A stretch of DNA of 63,951 nt, counting the filler, from an uncultured bacterium (GTDB taxonomy: Bacteria > Hinthialibacterota > Hinthialibacteria > Hinthialibacterales > Hinthialibacteraceae), in the NCBI GenBank assembly GCA_964449065.1. It is 3 parts of 3 records of this genome, joined end to end, with 100 filler letters (N's around TTAATTAATTAA, not from the genome) between each part and the next. Parts side by side here need not be neighbours in the genome. Positions count along the whole stretch, not along the records: positions 46,175 to 63,951 come from CAYVAZ010000071.1; 2 more parts are not named here. One strand, 5' to 3'. Both the position numbers and the translations under genes were made by a program. Below the pieces are notes generated by a model. It saw only the letters and a program-made list of their open reading frames with translations, did not search any database and was not told where the DNA came from. This document shows, piece after piece, positions 51,906 to 62,444 of the stretch (position 1 is the first letter of the stretch; each line of letters opens with the position of its first letter).

Positions 51906-52577
51906 ATGAAACCGGCATTTCGATTGTTGTTGCTGTTTGCATGTGTTGTTTTCATGGGGATGGCCGCCCAAAGCGCGGAAGATGTTATTGCGGATGTAGA
52001 CTTGGCAGACGATGTTGAAGTGGGTGTTTTGCATACCGAAAAAGGCGACTTGGTTTTGCGCTATTTTCCGGATGTGGCACCCAAGCATGCCGAAAATATG
52101 AAGTCACTCATTCAAAAAGACTTTTACAACGGCACACGTTTTCACCGGATTATCCCCGGTTTTATGATTCAAGGCGGATGCCCCAATACCAAAGAAGATG
52201 ACAAATCCAAGTGGGGAACCGGCAGCCCGGGTCACAACGTTAAAGCCGAATTCAACAAAAAACCGCATGTACGCGGAACCTTATCGATGGCACGTTCCAG
52301 CCATCCCGATAGTGCCGGCAGCCAATTTTTTATTTGCCACGCACGCGCGCCGCATTTGGATGGCCAGTACACAAACTTTGGCCAATTGGTTTACGGTTAC
52401 AAAACCTTGGATACAATCGTAACGGCTCCCAGACTCCCTGGCGGCGAAGGGTCCTCACCGGTAAAGCCCATTGCGATTCAAGACGCGGAAGTGATAACCT
52501 GGGGCGAGTATAAAAAATCGCTGGAAGAAAAACCGAAAGTAGAAGAGAAAAGCGAAGAAAAAGAAGAATCAAAGTAA
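51906..52577 (+). CDS. Exported cyclophilin-type peptidyl-prolyl isomerase
   Basis: FYNGT.FHRIIPGFMIQGG, H.RG.LSMAR, SAGSQFFI, HLDGQYT.FG. Confidence 0.95.
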   Translation: MKPAFRLLLLFACVVFMGMAAQSAEDVIADVDLADDVEVGVLHTEKGDLVLRYFPDVAPKHAENMKSLIQKDFYNGTRFHRIIPGFMIQGGCPNTKEDDKSKWGTGSPGHNVKAEFNKKPHVRGTLSMARSSHPDSAGSQFFICHARAPHLDGQYTNFGQLVYGYKTLDTIVTAPRLPGGEGSSPVKPIAIQDAEVITWGEYKKSLEEKPKVEEKSEEKEESK

Positions 52578-52597
52578 GATGGGTTAAGGCCGATCGC

Positions 52598-52639
52598 GTA
52601 ACCCATCCAGAGTAACCCATCCAGAGCAACCCAACCGAT
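52598..52639 (+). repeat. 14-bp tandem repeat x3
   Basis: GTAACCCATCCAGA GTAACCCATCCAGA GCAACCCAACCGAT. Confidence 0.8.
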
Positions 52640-52646
52640 TCCATTT

Positions 52647-52753
52647 GAGTGGCGGTTAGGTCCTGCGCAATATAGGATTGTGAACCAGGTCAGGTCCGAA
52701 AGGAAGCAGCCTTAAGCAACACCCTGTATGTGTGCAGGACTTAACCGCCATTC
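52647..52753 (+). ncRNA. ffs: Small SRP RNA (4.5S)
   Basis: Domain IV CAGGTCCGAAAGGAAGCAG inside a long hairpin GAGTGGCGGTTAGGTCCTGC/GCAGGACTTAACCGCCATTC. Confidence 0.93.
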
Positions 52754-52849
52754 GTTATTAGAGAGAGAAACCGGTCCAGCAATCCTTTCGCTTGCTTACG
52801 GCGCTAACTTAGTTGCTGGAACTTTAATACTGTATCAACGATTAAATGA

Positions 52850-52950
52850 CGGGGATCGAAGCACACTTCCAACTACGCAAAATCCCCCGGAACCTGCGGC
52901 TCCACCCCCTTATGCAAGGGGGTTTTAAACACTGCGCTAACGCTTGTGAA
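52850..52950 (-). repeat. R2 repeat, single inverted partial copy
   Basis: Reverse complement reads TTCACAAGCG..GCAGTG..CCCCCTTGCATAAGGGGGTGGAGCCGCAGGTTCCGGGGGATT..GCTTCGATCCCC. Confidence 0.85.
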
Positions 52951-53019
52951 TAACTGATCCAAATCATTTCATATGGATGGTTAAAATTTGCCCCATCATC
53001 TCTCATAGTTGATCAAGTA

Positions 53020-54240
53020 CTACATCAATTCTTCTTCCGATACCGGAAAGCGCAATGTAAACGTTGTTCCATGCTTGGGGATGCTGTGCACTTCAATTTT
53101 TCCGCCCATTGATTCGACAATCGAGCGGGTGATGTAAAGCCCCAATCCGGTTGATTCTTCCGCCCGTCCGCTGGAGACAAACGGCTCAAAAATTTGCGCC
53201 AACATTTCCACCGGCATTCCGGGGCCGTCATCCGTCATCGATACTTCCAGCCAGGTGCTGTCTTCTTCAAACAGGAGCGTGGCATAAATCCGCACGGTGC
53301 CCTCTCCCTCCAAGGCTTGAAAGGCATTCAGCATCAGGTTGGAAAATACCTGAATCAACTGATGCCGATGGCCAAAAATAAAGGGCATATTGTCCGGAAA
53401 GTGATATTCCACCCGAACCCCATCCTGCGCGTAGCGAACCAGCCGCAGCGAGCGTTCCACCACTTCGCTGATATCCAAAAACTCGGCCTTTTGGGTGTCT
53501 TTGCGGATAAATCCTTCCAACTGCAACTCGCGAATCAACTGCAAAAAGAAATCCGTCTCTTCTTGGATCGATTGCTTTTCGGGAAAATCAGCGGCTTGTT
53601 CCACCTCAGAACGAATGTTCAAGACCGGTTTTTTAATATCGTGCAGCAGGCTGGCGGTAATTTGCCCGACCAAGGCAAGGCGCTCCAAATGGATGAGTTC
53701 CCGCTGTTTTTCTTCCAGCAATCCGGTGGTGTGCAGCACCGCTTTTTCTTGTACTTGAAAGGTGTATATGCCGTACAAGTTAAGCACCGCAATGAGAATA
53801 AAACTGATGATCACAGCGGTTAAATATAAATAACGTTTGGTTGTGTTCAGCTTCAAATAAATGTCGCCGATGTACTCACCATTGCTATCGAGAACAGGCT
53901 GTTGGTGCCAAACCAAAGGATTCTGATCGGGAGGAAACTCAAACGGATGCACTAGATCATACAAAGCAGGATAAAGAGTTTTGGCGGAGCCGTCGGGTTC
54001 GGTTTTCCGGATAATTAGGGCGTCGATATAGTTCATATTTTCAATCAGACGTTCCGCCCGTTTCTCAATATCGCTGAGGGGGATGGTATGGGTATCGCGC
54101 TGCAAAAAGGGGCTGAAATCCCGGGCGGTTTCCTGCGGCAGCCGGTCCAGCGAATCTTCATACATCTTTGCCGCCCATAACAGAATTCCCAACACAATCA
54201 CAAAAAATATGGTTACGATGACATAATAACTTCGAATCAT
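53020..54240 (-). CDS. Membrane sensor histidine kinase (orphan)
   Basis: Two TMs, LLHDIKKP H-box, NL..NA, DDGPG, FEPF, TGLGL. Confidence 0.92.
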   Translation of the reverse strand: MIRSYYVIVTIFFVIVLGILLWAAKMYEDSLDRLPQETARDFSPFLQRDTHTIPLSDIEKRAERLIENMNYIDALIIRKTEPDGSAKTLYPALYDLVHPFEFPPDQNPLVWHQQPVLDSNGEYIGDIYLKLNTTKRYLYLTAVIISFILIAVLNLYGIYTFQVQEKAVLHTTGLLEEKQRELIHLERLALVGQITASLLHDIKKPVLNIRSEVEQAADFPEKQSIQEETDFFLQLIRELQLEGFIRKDTQKAEFLDISEVVERSLRLVRYAQDGVRVEYHFPDNMPFIFGHRHQLIQVFSNLMLNAFQALEGEGTVRIYATLLFEEDSTWLEVSMTDDGPGMPVEMLAQIFEPFVSSGRAEESTGLGLYITRSIVESMGGKIEVHSIPKHGTTFTLRFPVSEEELM

Positions 54241-54347
54241 GAGCGGTTATCTAACGCGGTTGGTTTCTCTGCCGGTAAAACGGTTTTGACAGATGAATGC
54301 TAATGACATAGAATAGTAGGGAATACAGAAGGGAAAAGGTGACAACG

Positions 54348-54668
54348 GTGGATATTCTTTCAATTGCTCTTTCCGGAATCAACGCGTCCAGAAACCGGAC
54401 GGCAACGGCCGCCAACAACCTGGCGAACGTCAACACCCAAGGCTTTCAAGCACAGCGCGTCAATACCTCTACCGGACCGAACGGTGTTGGAGCCAAAACA
54501 GATAGCGTGTCTTTTTCCACACTTGAAGGGACACCAACCGGTTCCAATGTCAATATTGCAGATGAATTGATAAACTTACGTCTGGAAGACAACGCGGTAC
54601 AAGCCAATGTAAGCGTTGCCCAAACGGGCGACGCGCTTACCAAAACGGCTATTGATTTATTGGCATAA
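54348..54668 (+). CDS. Short flagellar basal-body rod/hook-like protein
   Basis: IALSG..A...ANNLAN.NT.GF and SNVNIA.EL..L...AN rod N/C signatures. Confidence 0.75.
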   Translation: MDILSIALSGINASRNRTATAANNLANVNTQGFQAQRVNTSTGPNGVGAKTDSVSFSTLEGTPTGSNVNIADELINLRLEDNAVQANVSVAQTGDALTKTAIDLLA

Positions 54669-54670
54669 AA

Positions 54671-56890
54671 TTATTGGCTTAATGAATTTCCCTTTTTGGC
54701 GCGCGATTTTTTAATGCTTTTCACGCCTTCAATTCCCAACAGTTGCTGCATGATCGTATCCAAATGCATGGCATTGCGGATATCCATCCGGATATGAAAT
54801 TGGGCGGTACCGTTTACGGTTTCGGTATTACAGCCGACAATATTCGTACCGGTGGCGGATATCATTTGAGTAACTTCCATTAATAAATTGTGCCTGTCCC
54901 TGGCGGTAATATCGATACTCGCTTCAACATGCCCTTGATCTTCCCCTTCCCAAAACAAGGGCAATATGCGGTCGCCGTCATGGATATGCGAACGAATGCT
55001 CTTGCAGTTCGCACGGTGGATGCTCACGCCCCGGCCGCGTGTCACAAACCCTATGATATCTTCTCCCGGCAGCGGATTGCAACAGCGAGCGCGGCGGTAC
55101 ATAATTTCATCGATATCACCCATTTTGACGACGGAAGGCTTCGATTCCGCTTTGTTTTTCGTGCCGCGGGATCTTGCGGGAGAAACTTTGGCTGGTGGAG
55201 ACGCATCCAACTTCAACACCCGTGCCATGACTTGCTTGGTGTTAATCCGCCCGAATCCGATATTGACGAACAAATCATCCAAATCTTTGACCTTTAACGA
55301 CTTAACAATTTCTTTGATTTGCGGCGAGTTATAAAACTCCAAAGGTTTGATGCTGTTTTTTTGGAGTTCCCGCGAGAGACTGCTTTGCCCACGCTGCAAG
55401 AGTTGATCCCGTTGCGAATGGAGAAGATAGCGTCGAATCTTATTGCGGGCGGAAGACGTTTTGACGATATTCAACCATGCTGCCGATGGATGACTGTTAG
55501 GATTCGACAGAATTTCGACCACATCCCCGGTTTGCAGTTCATAATTCAGTGTAACCAAGCGGCCGTTTACTTTCGCGCCGCCGCAGCGGTTGCCCAGATT
55601 TGTGTGGATGCGGTAAGCTAAATCGATGGGGGTAGCGCCTTTAACCAAACGGATTAATTCGCCTTTCGGCGTATAGACATACACTTCATTGGAAAACAGG
55701 TCCTGCTGGATGGATTGAATAAACTCTTCCGGGTCATGGGTATCCGGCAGGTTGTTGACAAACTGCTCAATCCATTTGGCGTCGCGTCCGATGCGGCCGT
55801 TCTTTTCTTCTTTGTAACGCCAATGTGCGGCGATTCCAAATTCCGAATCCAAGTGCATTTCCAGCGTGCGGATTTGAATTTCGATTTTCCGTCCCTTGGG
55901 ACCTAACACCGTTGTGTGAATGGAGCGGTAGTTATTCGGTTTCGGGTTGGAAATATAATCTTTAAAGCGGCCATCCAACTGCCGCCACATGGAATGCACT
56001 TCTCCTAGAACGGCATAGCATTCACCGATGGATTCACAAATCACACGGATGGCGGCCAAATCAAAAATTTCTTCGAAGGTTTTGTTGTCATTGTTCATCT
56101 TTTGGTAAATGCTGTAGAAATGCTTGGCCCTGCCTTCCACGGTCCCGTTGATTTGATGTTGTTCCAACCTCTTTTGGAGGTCGCGGCAGACTTCGCGGAT
56201 ATATTGTTCGCGAAGAGCCCGTTTTTCCGAAACATTTTTTTTGATCATTTGATACATATCGGGATGCAGATACACCAAGGCCAGGTCTTCCAACTCCCAC
56301 TTCATTTTTCCCAGCCCAAGCCGGTGGGCGATGGGGGCAAAAATATCAAGTGTATTTTTCGCGATGCGCAGTTGCTTTTCGCGCGGCATATGCGCCAGGG
56401 TTTGCATGTTGTGCAGCCGGTCGGCCAATTTCACGATGATGACATGAATATCTTTCGCGGTAGCGACCAACATGCGGCGAAAATTTTCCACTTCCATTTC
56501 CCGCAAAAACGGAGATTCCTCTACAATTTTGCTGACCTTGGTCACCCCCTGCACCAAATCCGCGACCGGTTTGCCAAAGCGGCTTACAACATCATCATAG
56601 GTTACTTTCGTGTCTTCAATGACATCGTGCAGCAAGCCGGCGATTACGATATCCGAATCACGGTGGTATTCCGCCAAAATCTCAGCAACGGAAACCGGAT
56701 GCAGGATATAGGGTTCCCCATTCATTCGGGATTGCCCGGCATGGGCCTGGCAGGCAAATTCATACGCAGACCGGACCCGCTGCACGTCTGCTTCCGACAG
56801 ATAATTCCGCAGAAGCAGCTCCACATATGGAAATTCATCATGCGGTCTGGATTCGACTTTTATTGCACTGGGTGCGGATTCAATAGCCAT
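54671..56890 (-). CDS. rel: Bifunctional (p)ppGpp synthetase/hydrolase (long RSH)
   Basis: HDVIED hydrolase, GRAKH.YSI, YRSIHT, EIQIRT synthetase, TGS, CCNPLPG, ACT. Confidence 0.95.
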   Translation of the reverse strand: MAIESAPSAIKVESRPHDEFPYVELLLRNYLSEADVQRVRSAYEFACQAHAGQSRMNGEPYILHPVSVAEILAEYHRDSDIVIAGLLHDVIEDTKVTYDDVVSRFGKPVADLVQGVTKVSKIVEESPFLREMEVENFRRMLVATAKDIHVIIVKLADRLHNMQTLAHMPREKQLRIAKNTLDIFAPIAHRLGLGKMKWELEDLALVYLHPDMYQMIKKNVSEKRALREQYIREVCRDLQKRLEQHQINGTVEGRAKHFYSIYQKMNNDNKTFEEIFDLAAIRVICESIGECYAVLGEVHSMWRQLDGRFKDYISNPKPNNYRSIHTTVLGPKGRKIEIQIRTLEMHLDSEFGIAAHWRYKEEKNGRIGRDAKWIEQFVNNLPDTHDPEEFIQSIQQDLFSNEVYVYTPKGELIRLVKGATPIDLAYRIHTNLGNRCGGAKVNGRLVTLNYELQTGDVVEILSNPNSHPSAAWLNIVKTSSARNKIRRYLLHSQRDQLLQRGQSSLSRELQKNSIKPLEFYNSPQIKEIVKSLKVKDLDDLFVNIGFGRINTKQVMARVLKLDASPPAKVSPARSRGTKNKAESKPSVVKMGDIDEIMYRRARCCNPLPGEDIIGFVTRGRGVSIHRANCKSIRSHIHDGDRILPLFWEGEDQGHVEASIDITARDRHNLLMEVTQMISATGTNIVGCNTETVNGTAQFHIRMDIRNAMHLDTIMQQLLGIEGVKSIKKSRAKKGNSLSQ

Positions 56891-56976
56891 ACGTATACAT
56901 CCATGTTTTTTATTTATATTATATATGCGGGGATGCATTTTGTCTTGCTGTAAATACGGATAAAATTATCGCAAAA

Positions 56977-57081
56977 AAGGGCGCAAGCCCCCACCGACTA
57001 GAGTGATTGCCAAAACTATTCTGATAATATTCTGATGCAATTGAACGGTGCTTCCGGCTCGGTGGGAGCCTTGCTCTCCCA
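56977..57081. repeat. Degenerate R1 inverted pair
   Basis: GGGCGCAAGCCCCCACCGA ... GGCTCGGTGGGAGCCTTGCTCTCCCA. Confidence 0.65.
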
Positions 57082-57219
57082 GGGTTTGCTTCGCGTGTGG
57101 TGGACTGCGTTTTTTTGATCTGTACTTTTTATAGTGCCCATCCATTTCCCGGCTGGAAGCCGATGCGCCCCAAAAGGAGCACACGTTTGGAACATGCTCA
57201 ATACAACCCAGCTGAAATG

Positions 57220-57257
57220 ATCCAAAAAGCCGAAGGAAATTCCTTCGGCTTATGGAT
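57220..57257 (-). terminator. Intrinsic terminator after fusA
   Basis: AAGCCGAAGGA-loop-TCCTTCGGCTTTTT on minus strand. Confidence 0.8.
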
Positions 57258-57276
57258 TTTCGGTTTGCAACAGAAT

Positions 57277-59373
57277 TTAAGAGGCTACGCGGCCGCCGCC
57301 CAGTTTTTCTCTGCGTTCGGCTTTGATTTCTTCCGCCACGCTGCTGGGTACCGGCTCGTAATGTTCAAACTGCATCGAGAAGGAGGCGCGTCCAGACGAA
57401 ATGGTCCGTACTTCCGTCGCGTAACCAAACATTTCCGATAACGGCACAAAGGCTTTCACGACGTTCGCGTTTCCGACGGTGTCCATCCCCTGAATTTTGC
57501 CGCGTTTTCCGCTGAGATTGCCGTTGATGGCGCCTGCATATTCCGGGGGGGTAGTGACATGCACTCTCATCACCGGCTCAAGCAAGATCGGTTTGCATTT
57601 CAAAAATCCTTCTTTAAACCCGATGCTGGCACAGGTGCGAAACGCGCGGTCGGAGGAGTCTACATCGTGGAAAGAACCGTCGTTCAATTCCACTTTCACA
57701 TCCACAACCGGATAGCCCGCGATAATGCCTTTTTGCATTGCATCAATAACGCCTTTTTCAACGGATGGAATAAATTCACGCGGGATGCGTCCCCCCACGA
57801 TGTTGTTGACAAATTCAAATCCTTGCCCATGTTCGCGGGGTTCAATGGTAAATACGGTATGCGCATAATCCCCTTTACCACCGGATTGCTTTTGATATTT
57901 GTAGTTAACTTCTGTACTGCCGGTGATGGTCTCACGGTACGCAACTTGGGGTCTGCCCACCGTAGCCGCGACTCCGAATTCCCGCATCAAGCGGTCTACA
58001 ATAATTTCAAGGTGCAATTCGCCCATCCCGGAAATAACGGTTTCCCCTTCTTCTTCGCCGGATGAAACGACGAAGGTGGGGTCCTCTTCCGCCAATTTAT
58101 TGAGGCCGATCCCCAACTTTTCGCTATCCTTCCGGGAATCCGGCTGGATGCTGACCGCGATCACCGGTGCCGGGAAGTCAATCGCTTCTAAAACAACTGG
58201 ATGATCCGGGTCGCAAAGTGTGTCGCCGGTGGTAGTATCGCTTAAGCCGACCAACACGCCGATTTCTCCGCACTTGAGTTCTTCCACTTGTTCTTGTTTG
58301 TTGGCATGCATTAACATTAAGCGGCCGACACGGGTTTTCTGTCCGGTGGTCATGTTTTTGATGTAAGAGCCGGCCAAAATTTTACCGGAATACACACGGG
58401 TAAAGATCATTTTACCCAAGTGCTTATCCGACATCACTTTAAATGCCAAGGCAGCCGTGGGTTCATCTTCTTTGTGCAAGCGTTTAACTTCTTTTTCATC
58501 ATGGAACCCAATGACCGGGGGCAAATCTACGGGAGATGGTAAAAACTCAATCACCGCATCCAGCAAGCGCTTAACCCCTTTGTTTTTAAAGGCCGCACCG
58601 CAGAAGGTGGGAACACAAAGACGGGCCAATGTCGCTTTGCGGATACCCGCTTTGAGTTCGTCTTCCGTTATTTCTTCATCGGCGAAGAATTTTTCGAGCA
58701 AATCTTCGTCCAATTCACTAACCTTTTCAATCATGTGTTTGTACCATTGATCATGCAGTTCCTGATATGCCGGCGGAATCTCGGTGTCGTGCCGTTTTTC
58801 GCCTTCAATATCGTCATACATGTGGGCATGGTGTTTGATCAAATCGATCACGCCGATCATTTCGCCGTTTTCCATCATCGGAATAACCAACGGGATAGGA
58901 TTGGCTCCCAATTGTTCTTCAATGGATTTGAGCACAAAGAAAAAGTCCGCCCCGGCACGGTCCATTTTGTTGACAAACGCGATGACGGGAACTTCATACT
59001 TTTCGGCCTGGCGCCATACGGTTTCGGATTGCGGCTCCACACCGGACACCGCGCAAAACAAGCCGATTGCGCCATCCAAAACACGAAGCGCACGCTCTAC
59101 CTCTGCGGTAAAATCAACGTGGCCCGGGGTGTCGATAATGTTGATCCGGTGATCTTTCCAAAAACAGGTGGTTGCGGCGGAGGTAATTGTGATCCCGCGT
59201 TCTTTTTCCTGATCCATCCAGTCCATGACCGCGGCCCCGTCGTGTACTTCTCCCAATTTGTGGGAGCGGCCGGTATAAAATAAGACCCGTTCGGTTGCCG
59301 TGGTTTTGCCGGCGTCAATGTGCGCCATAATTCCTATGTTACGCACTTTTTCGATCGGTATTTCTCTTGTCAT
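57277..59373 (-). CDS. fusA: Elongation factor G (standalone copy)
   Basis: [51 protein letters not shown]. Confidence 0.95.
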   Translation of the reverse strand: MTREIPIEKVRNIGIMAHIDAGKTTATERVLFYTGRSHKLGEVHDGAAVMDWMDQEKERGITITSAATTCFWKDHRINIIDTPGHVDFTAEVERALRVLDGAIGLFCAVSGVEPQSETVWRQAEKYEVPVIAFVNKMDRAGADFFFVLKSIEEQLGANPIPLVIPMMENGEMIGVIDLIKHHAHMYDDIEGEKRHDTEIPPAYQELHDQWYKHMIEKVSELDEDLLEKFFADEEITEDELKAGIRKATLARLCVPTFCGAAFKNKGVKRLLDAVIEFLPSPVDLPPVIGFHDEKEVKRLHKEDEPTAALAFKVMSDKHLGKMIFTRVYSGKILAGSYIKNMTTGQKTRVGRLMLMHANKQEQVEELKCGEIGVLVGLSDTTTGDTLCDPDHPVVLEAIDFPAPVIAVSIQPDSRKDSEKLGIGLNKLAEEDPTFVVSSGEEEGETVISGMGELHLEIIVDRLMREFGVAATVGRPQVAYRETITGSTEVNYKYQKQSGGKGDYAHTVFTIEPREHGQGFEFVNNIVGGRIPREFIPSVEKGVIDAMQKGIIAGYPVVDVKVELNDGSFHDVDSSDRAFRTCASIGFKEGFLKCKPILLEPVMRVHVTTPPEYAGAINGNLSGKRGKIQGMDTVGNANVVKAFVPLSEMFGYATEVRTISSGRASFSMQFEHYEPVPSSVAEEIKAERREKLGGGRVAS

Positions 59374-59694
59374 GATCTCTCTTCCTTATTGTTTAATAAT
59401 TTCGTACTGATTGCTGCTTATGGATTTATTTGTTTATGATGAAATTGTATTTACGATTTGTTAGGATACGGTTATGCAGAGCGATTACATCTAAGCACCA
59501 CATAGAGGCAGGTTCGATTTGTTTGGCGGCGTTGTAGAGTATTCTTCATGATTCGATGGTCAATTGACGTTTTTGCGTATTTTTGTATTGTTAAATGCAA
59601 AGACTTTTGATTTTACATATCATTTCAAAAAAGTCAAGTAAAAAGCAATCGAAAAACCCATCGATTGCTTTGCTGCTACGTTAAAGGAAATATT

Positions 59695-60753
59695 ATGGCT
59701 CACCGCTGCGTTGTGTTTCATCCCGATTCTTCCACTATCGAAGCTTGGAAACGGCAGTTGCAATCCGCTGGTTTAAATTTAATGCATACCACATTGCATT
59801 ACAAAGATTTGTACGATGTTTTAGCCCAAACCCAGTTCGATGTGATTTTTCTGACCCTCAGTCAGGATGTAGAAGCCGGTTTGGAAGCATTGCAAACCAT
59901 TCATCAACACCATCCCAAAGCAAACCTGATTGTTACGTCATTACACGGTCCGGACCGGCAAACGCTAAAACTGTGTAAACAACTCAATGTCATTGACTTT
60001 TTGGTACAACCGGTTTCTCTTGACCGCCTGCGCCAAGTGCTTACAACCGTAAAAGTGCCGGAAGAAAAACGCGAACGCGGCGCGGTGGTATGCGTCGGCT
60101 ACACGCCAACACATGCCGAACGCAGCATCATCAGCCAAATGAAACTGGCTTATTTGTATTATCCCTCCTGTCATTTGGCGATTCAAATGTTTCAACAACG
60201 CAGCCAAAAACGGCTCATCATTCTTATCGTGCAAGAAGACTTAGAAATGTACTCCAGTTCCATCACGAAACCATTGGATCCCTTGCAAGCGCTGGATGAG
60301 AGTTTTATGCCTCCATGGAAGGATGTGGTCAAAGAATCGCAAATTTATTATCAAGAATATTGGCGGGATGGGATAATTGGCGGGCTGCTGCCCCAACAAA
60401 TTCCTTGCTTATATGTCCCTAACAAAGGCGGAGCGCCGCAATTTTTGCCGCCGGATGTAATTCATTCCTTGAAACTGGAATATGTAGGCACCGAACAGAA
60501 TTTTCTGCAAATCATAGGCCCGGGCGAATCCAAAACAGGAGCCGAGGAGGCGGTACAAAAAGTAACCGAAGGCGTAAACGAATGTTTGGATCAAGTGGAA
60601 GTAAAGCATCCGCAACTTATCAATCCGAATCTCGCCGATCAAAATGAACCTGTCGTTAAAAAGAAGCCAATGATTCAGAAGAAACCGATAGCGCAGCCCC
60701 ATCCATCCAAAAAATCGCAACGCATGTCGCGCAGACAGGAAACAGAGGATTAG
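59695..60753 (+). CDS. Protein with N-terminal degenerate receiver-like domain
   Basis: CheY-like pattern DVIFLT, GLE.L..I...P, IVTS, DFLVQP with key residues replaced. Confidence 0.6.
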   Translation: MAHRCVVFHPDSSTIEAWKRQLQSAGLNLMHTTLHYKDLYDVLAQTQFDVIFLTLSQDVEAGLEALQTIHQHHPKANLIVTSLHGPDRQTLKLCKQLNVIDFLVQPVSLDRLRQVLTTVKVPEEKRERGAVVCVGYTPTHAERSIISQMKLAYLYYPSCHLAIQMFQQRSQKRLIILIVQEDLEMYSSSITKPLDPLQALDESFMPPWKDVVKESQIYYQEYWRDGIIGGLLPQQIPCLYVPNKGGAPQFLPPDVIHSLKLEYVGTEQNFLQIIGPGESKTGAEEAVQKVTEGVNECLDQVEVKHPQLINPNLADQNEPVVKKKPMIQKKPIAQPHPSKKSQRMSRRQETED

Positions 60754-60854
60754 AGCAATTCAAGATTGGATAGACAGAGAATTGGTATTGCACTTGCCGT
60801 AGGGGCACATTGCAATGTGCCTCTACAACGTCTACGAAAACCTGAAACACTCAA
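60751..60854. mobile_element. MITE-like element M1, second copy
   Basis: Matches 18670-18777; left end TAGAGCA supplies the TAG stop of the upstream ORF. Confidence 0.75.
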
Positions 60855-60857
60855 TGT

Positions 60858-60901
60858 AAAAAAAAGGAAATCCCCTCTTTGATTGGAGAGGGGATTTTTT
60901 T
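60858..60901. terminator. Bidirectional intrinsic terminator
   Basis: AAATCCCCTCT-loop-AGAGGGGATTT with flanking A and T runs between convergent genes. Confidence 0.85.
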
Positions 60902-60920
60902 CGGGACTAACAAAAATAAC

Positions 60921-61121
60921 TTATTGCAAGTTGTACTTTTTCTTAAAGCGTTCAACCCGTCCGGCGGTATCCACAAACTTCTGTTTTCCAGTAAAGAACG
61001 GATGGCATTGTGAGCAGATTTCCACACGGATTTCAGGCAAAGTAGACCCGGCTTGAAAGGTATTGCCGCATGCACAGTGTACATCGGCCAGATAATATTT
61101 TGGGTGAATGTCTTGTTTCAT
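60921..61121 (-). CDS. rpmE: 50S ribosomal protein L31 (Zn-binding type)
   Basis: [28 protein letters not shown]. Confidence 0.97.
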   Translation of the reverse strand: MKQDIHPKYYLADVHCACGNTFQAGSTLPEIRVEICSQCHPFFTGKQKFVDTAGRVERFKKKYNLQ

Positions 61122-61203
61122 TTTCGCATCTCGTATCTATTCAATTTACAATATTTTCAATTCGCAAGAGAACATTCTTACTCTTCAAACTGAAATGTCA
61201 ATA

Positions 61204-62223
61204 TTAAGACGAAAGAAAATTCCATTTCAACATTCTATAATGATCCTTAAGGGTTAAATCCCGTCCCAAAGCGATGGTGGGTTCAAACCCGCTGTGAATT
61301 TTGCAATTGGTGCAGCGTTCGTCTTTTCCCGGCCCTAACGATTCCCAATCCGTATTTTCCATGAGCTCTTTAAATGTGGAATAATATCCGTCATTCAAAA
61401 CATAGCAGGGCGCTTTCCATCCGTTGCAGGTACGGTTGGGGCTGGCCCAAGGTGAACAAGGCAGTTCTCTGATACCGCGTAAAAAGTCGATATAGGTCGG
61501 AGAATTGTTCAACCGGTATTTACTGGAAATATCGCTGCCGTTCACGCCAAAAATCTGCCGAAAGACATCTTCCATCTTTTCGCGGTCTAATCCGGTTTCG
61601 CCTTTTTCGCCTTCTTGCGGATAAGCGCCGGATATCAGCATTCCATCCACACCTTTTTTGTGCAGATAATCCATCATTTCACGAATTTCATCCGGATTGG
61701 TCCCGTCAAACACCGTTGTATTGGTACTGATGCGGTAGCCGCGCACTTTGGCTTCATCAATGATTTCACTCACTTTTTTAAAAACGCCTTTTTGATCAAC
61801 CGCCCAATCGTGGCCTTCTTCCATACCGTCCAAGTGAATGCTTAATGAAAGACGGGGATGAGGTGGAATTTTGTCCCACCATTTATCCAGAAACATCGCG
61901 TTGGTGCAAAGGTAGATGTATTTCTTGCGTTCAATGAGTGCCTTGATCAGCTTATCCACCGGTTTGTATACCAACGGTTCGCCGCCGCAAACGGAAACAA
62001 TGGGCGCTCCGCATTCATCCACGGATTCCAGGCATTCTTCTAACGTTAAATCGGGCATCCGCTCTTTGTGATACTGCTCAATCCGTCCGCATCCTACGCA
62101 GTCTAGGTTGCAGCGCAAGGTCGGTTCCAGCATTAATACGATTGGATACCGCTTGACGCCTTTGAACCGCATTTGCAGCAAATATTTTAACATGGTTGTA
62201 TACAAAACCGTTGGAAATCTCAC
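61204..62223 (-). CDS. hpnH: Adenosyl-hopene transferase (radical SAM)
   Basis: RYP.VLMLEP...CNLDCVGCG, SVCGGEPL, YLCTN, HLDG, C.PW, W..PCY, T.W..G...RC.NC..HSGFE. Confidence 0.85.
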   Translation of the reverse strand: MRFPTVLYTTMLKYLLQMRFKGVKRYPIVLMLEPTLRCNLDCVGCGRIEQYHKERMPDLTLEECLESVDECGAPIVSVCGGEPLVYKPVDKLIKALIERKKYIYLCTNAMFLDKWWDKIPPHPRLSLSIHLDGMEEGHDWAVDQKGVFKKVSEIIDEAKVRGYRISTNTTVFDGTNPDEIREMMDYLHKKGVDGMLISGAYPQEGEKGETGLDREKMEDVFRQIFGVNGSDISSKYRLNNSPTYIDFLRGIRELPCSPWASPNRTCNGWKAPCYVLNDGYYSTFKELMENTDWESLGPGKDERCTNCKIHSGFEPTIALGRDLTLKDHYRMLKWNFLSS

Positions 62224-62444
62224 AACTTACCTCCGATGTCTGTCTCACTCATATTCAAAAGTAAACAGAAAAAATAAATGTCCATAATGTTTATAGAAAT
62301 TATAAAGTATATTTTCCCCGAAACAAGTTTTAAGCTGAATGGAATGAAAATATTACCTACAGAATGGAATGGATCAACTTGATTGGTATTCCATTCTCAT
62401 CCAACTGAATCACGATTCCCCGTGAAATGGATATATAATCCCTA

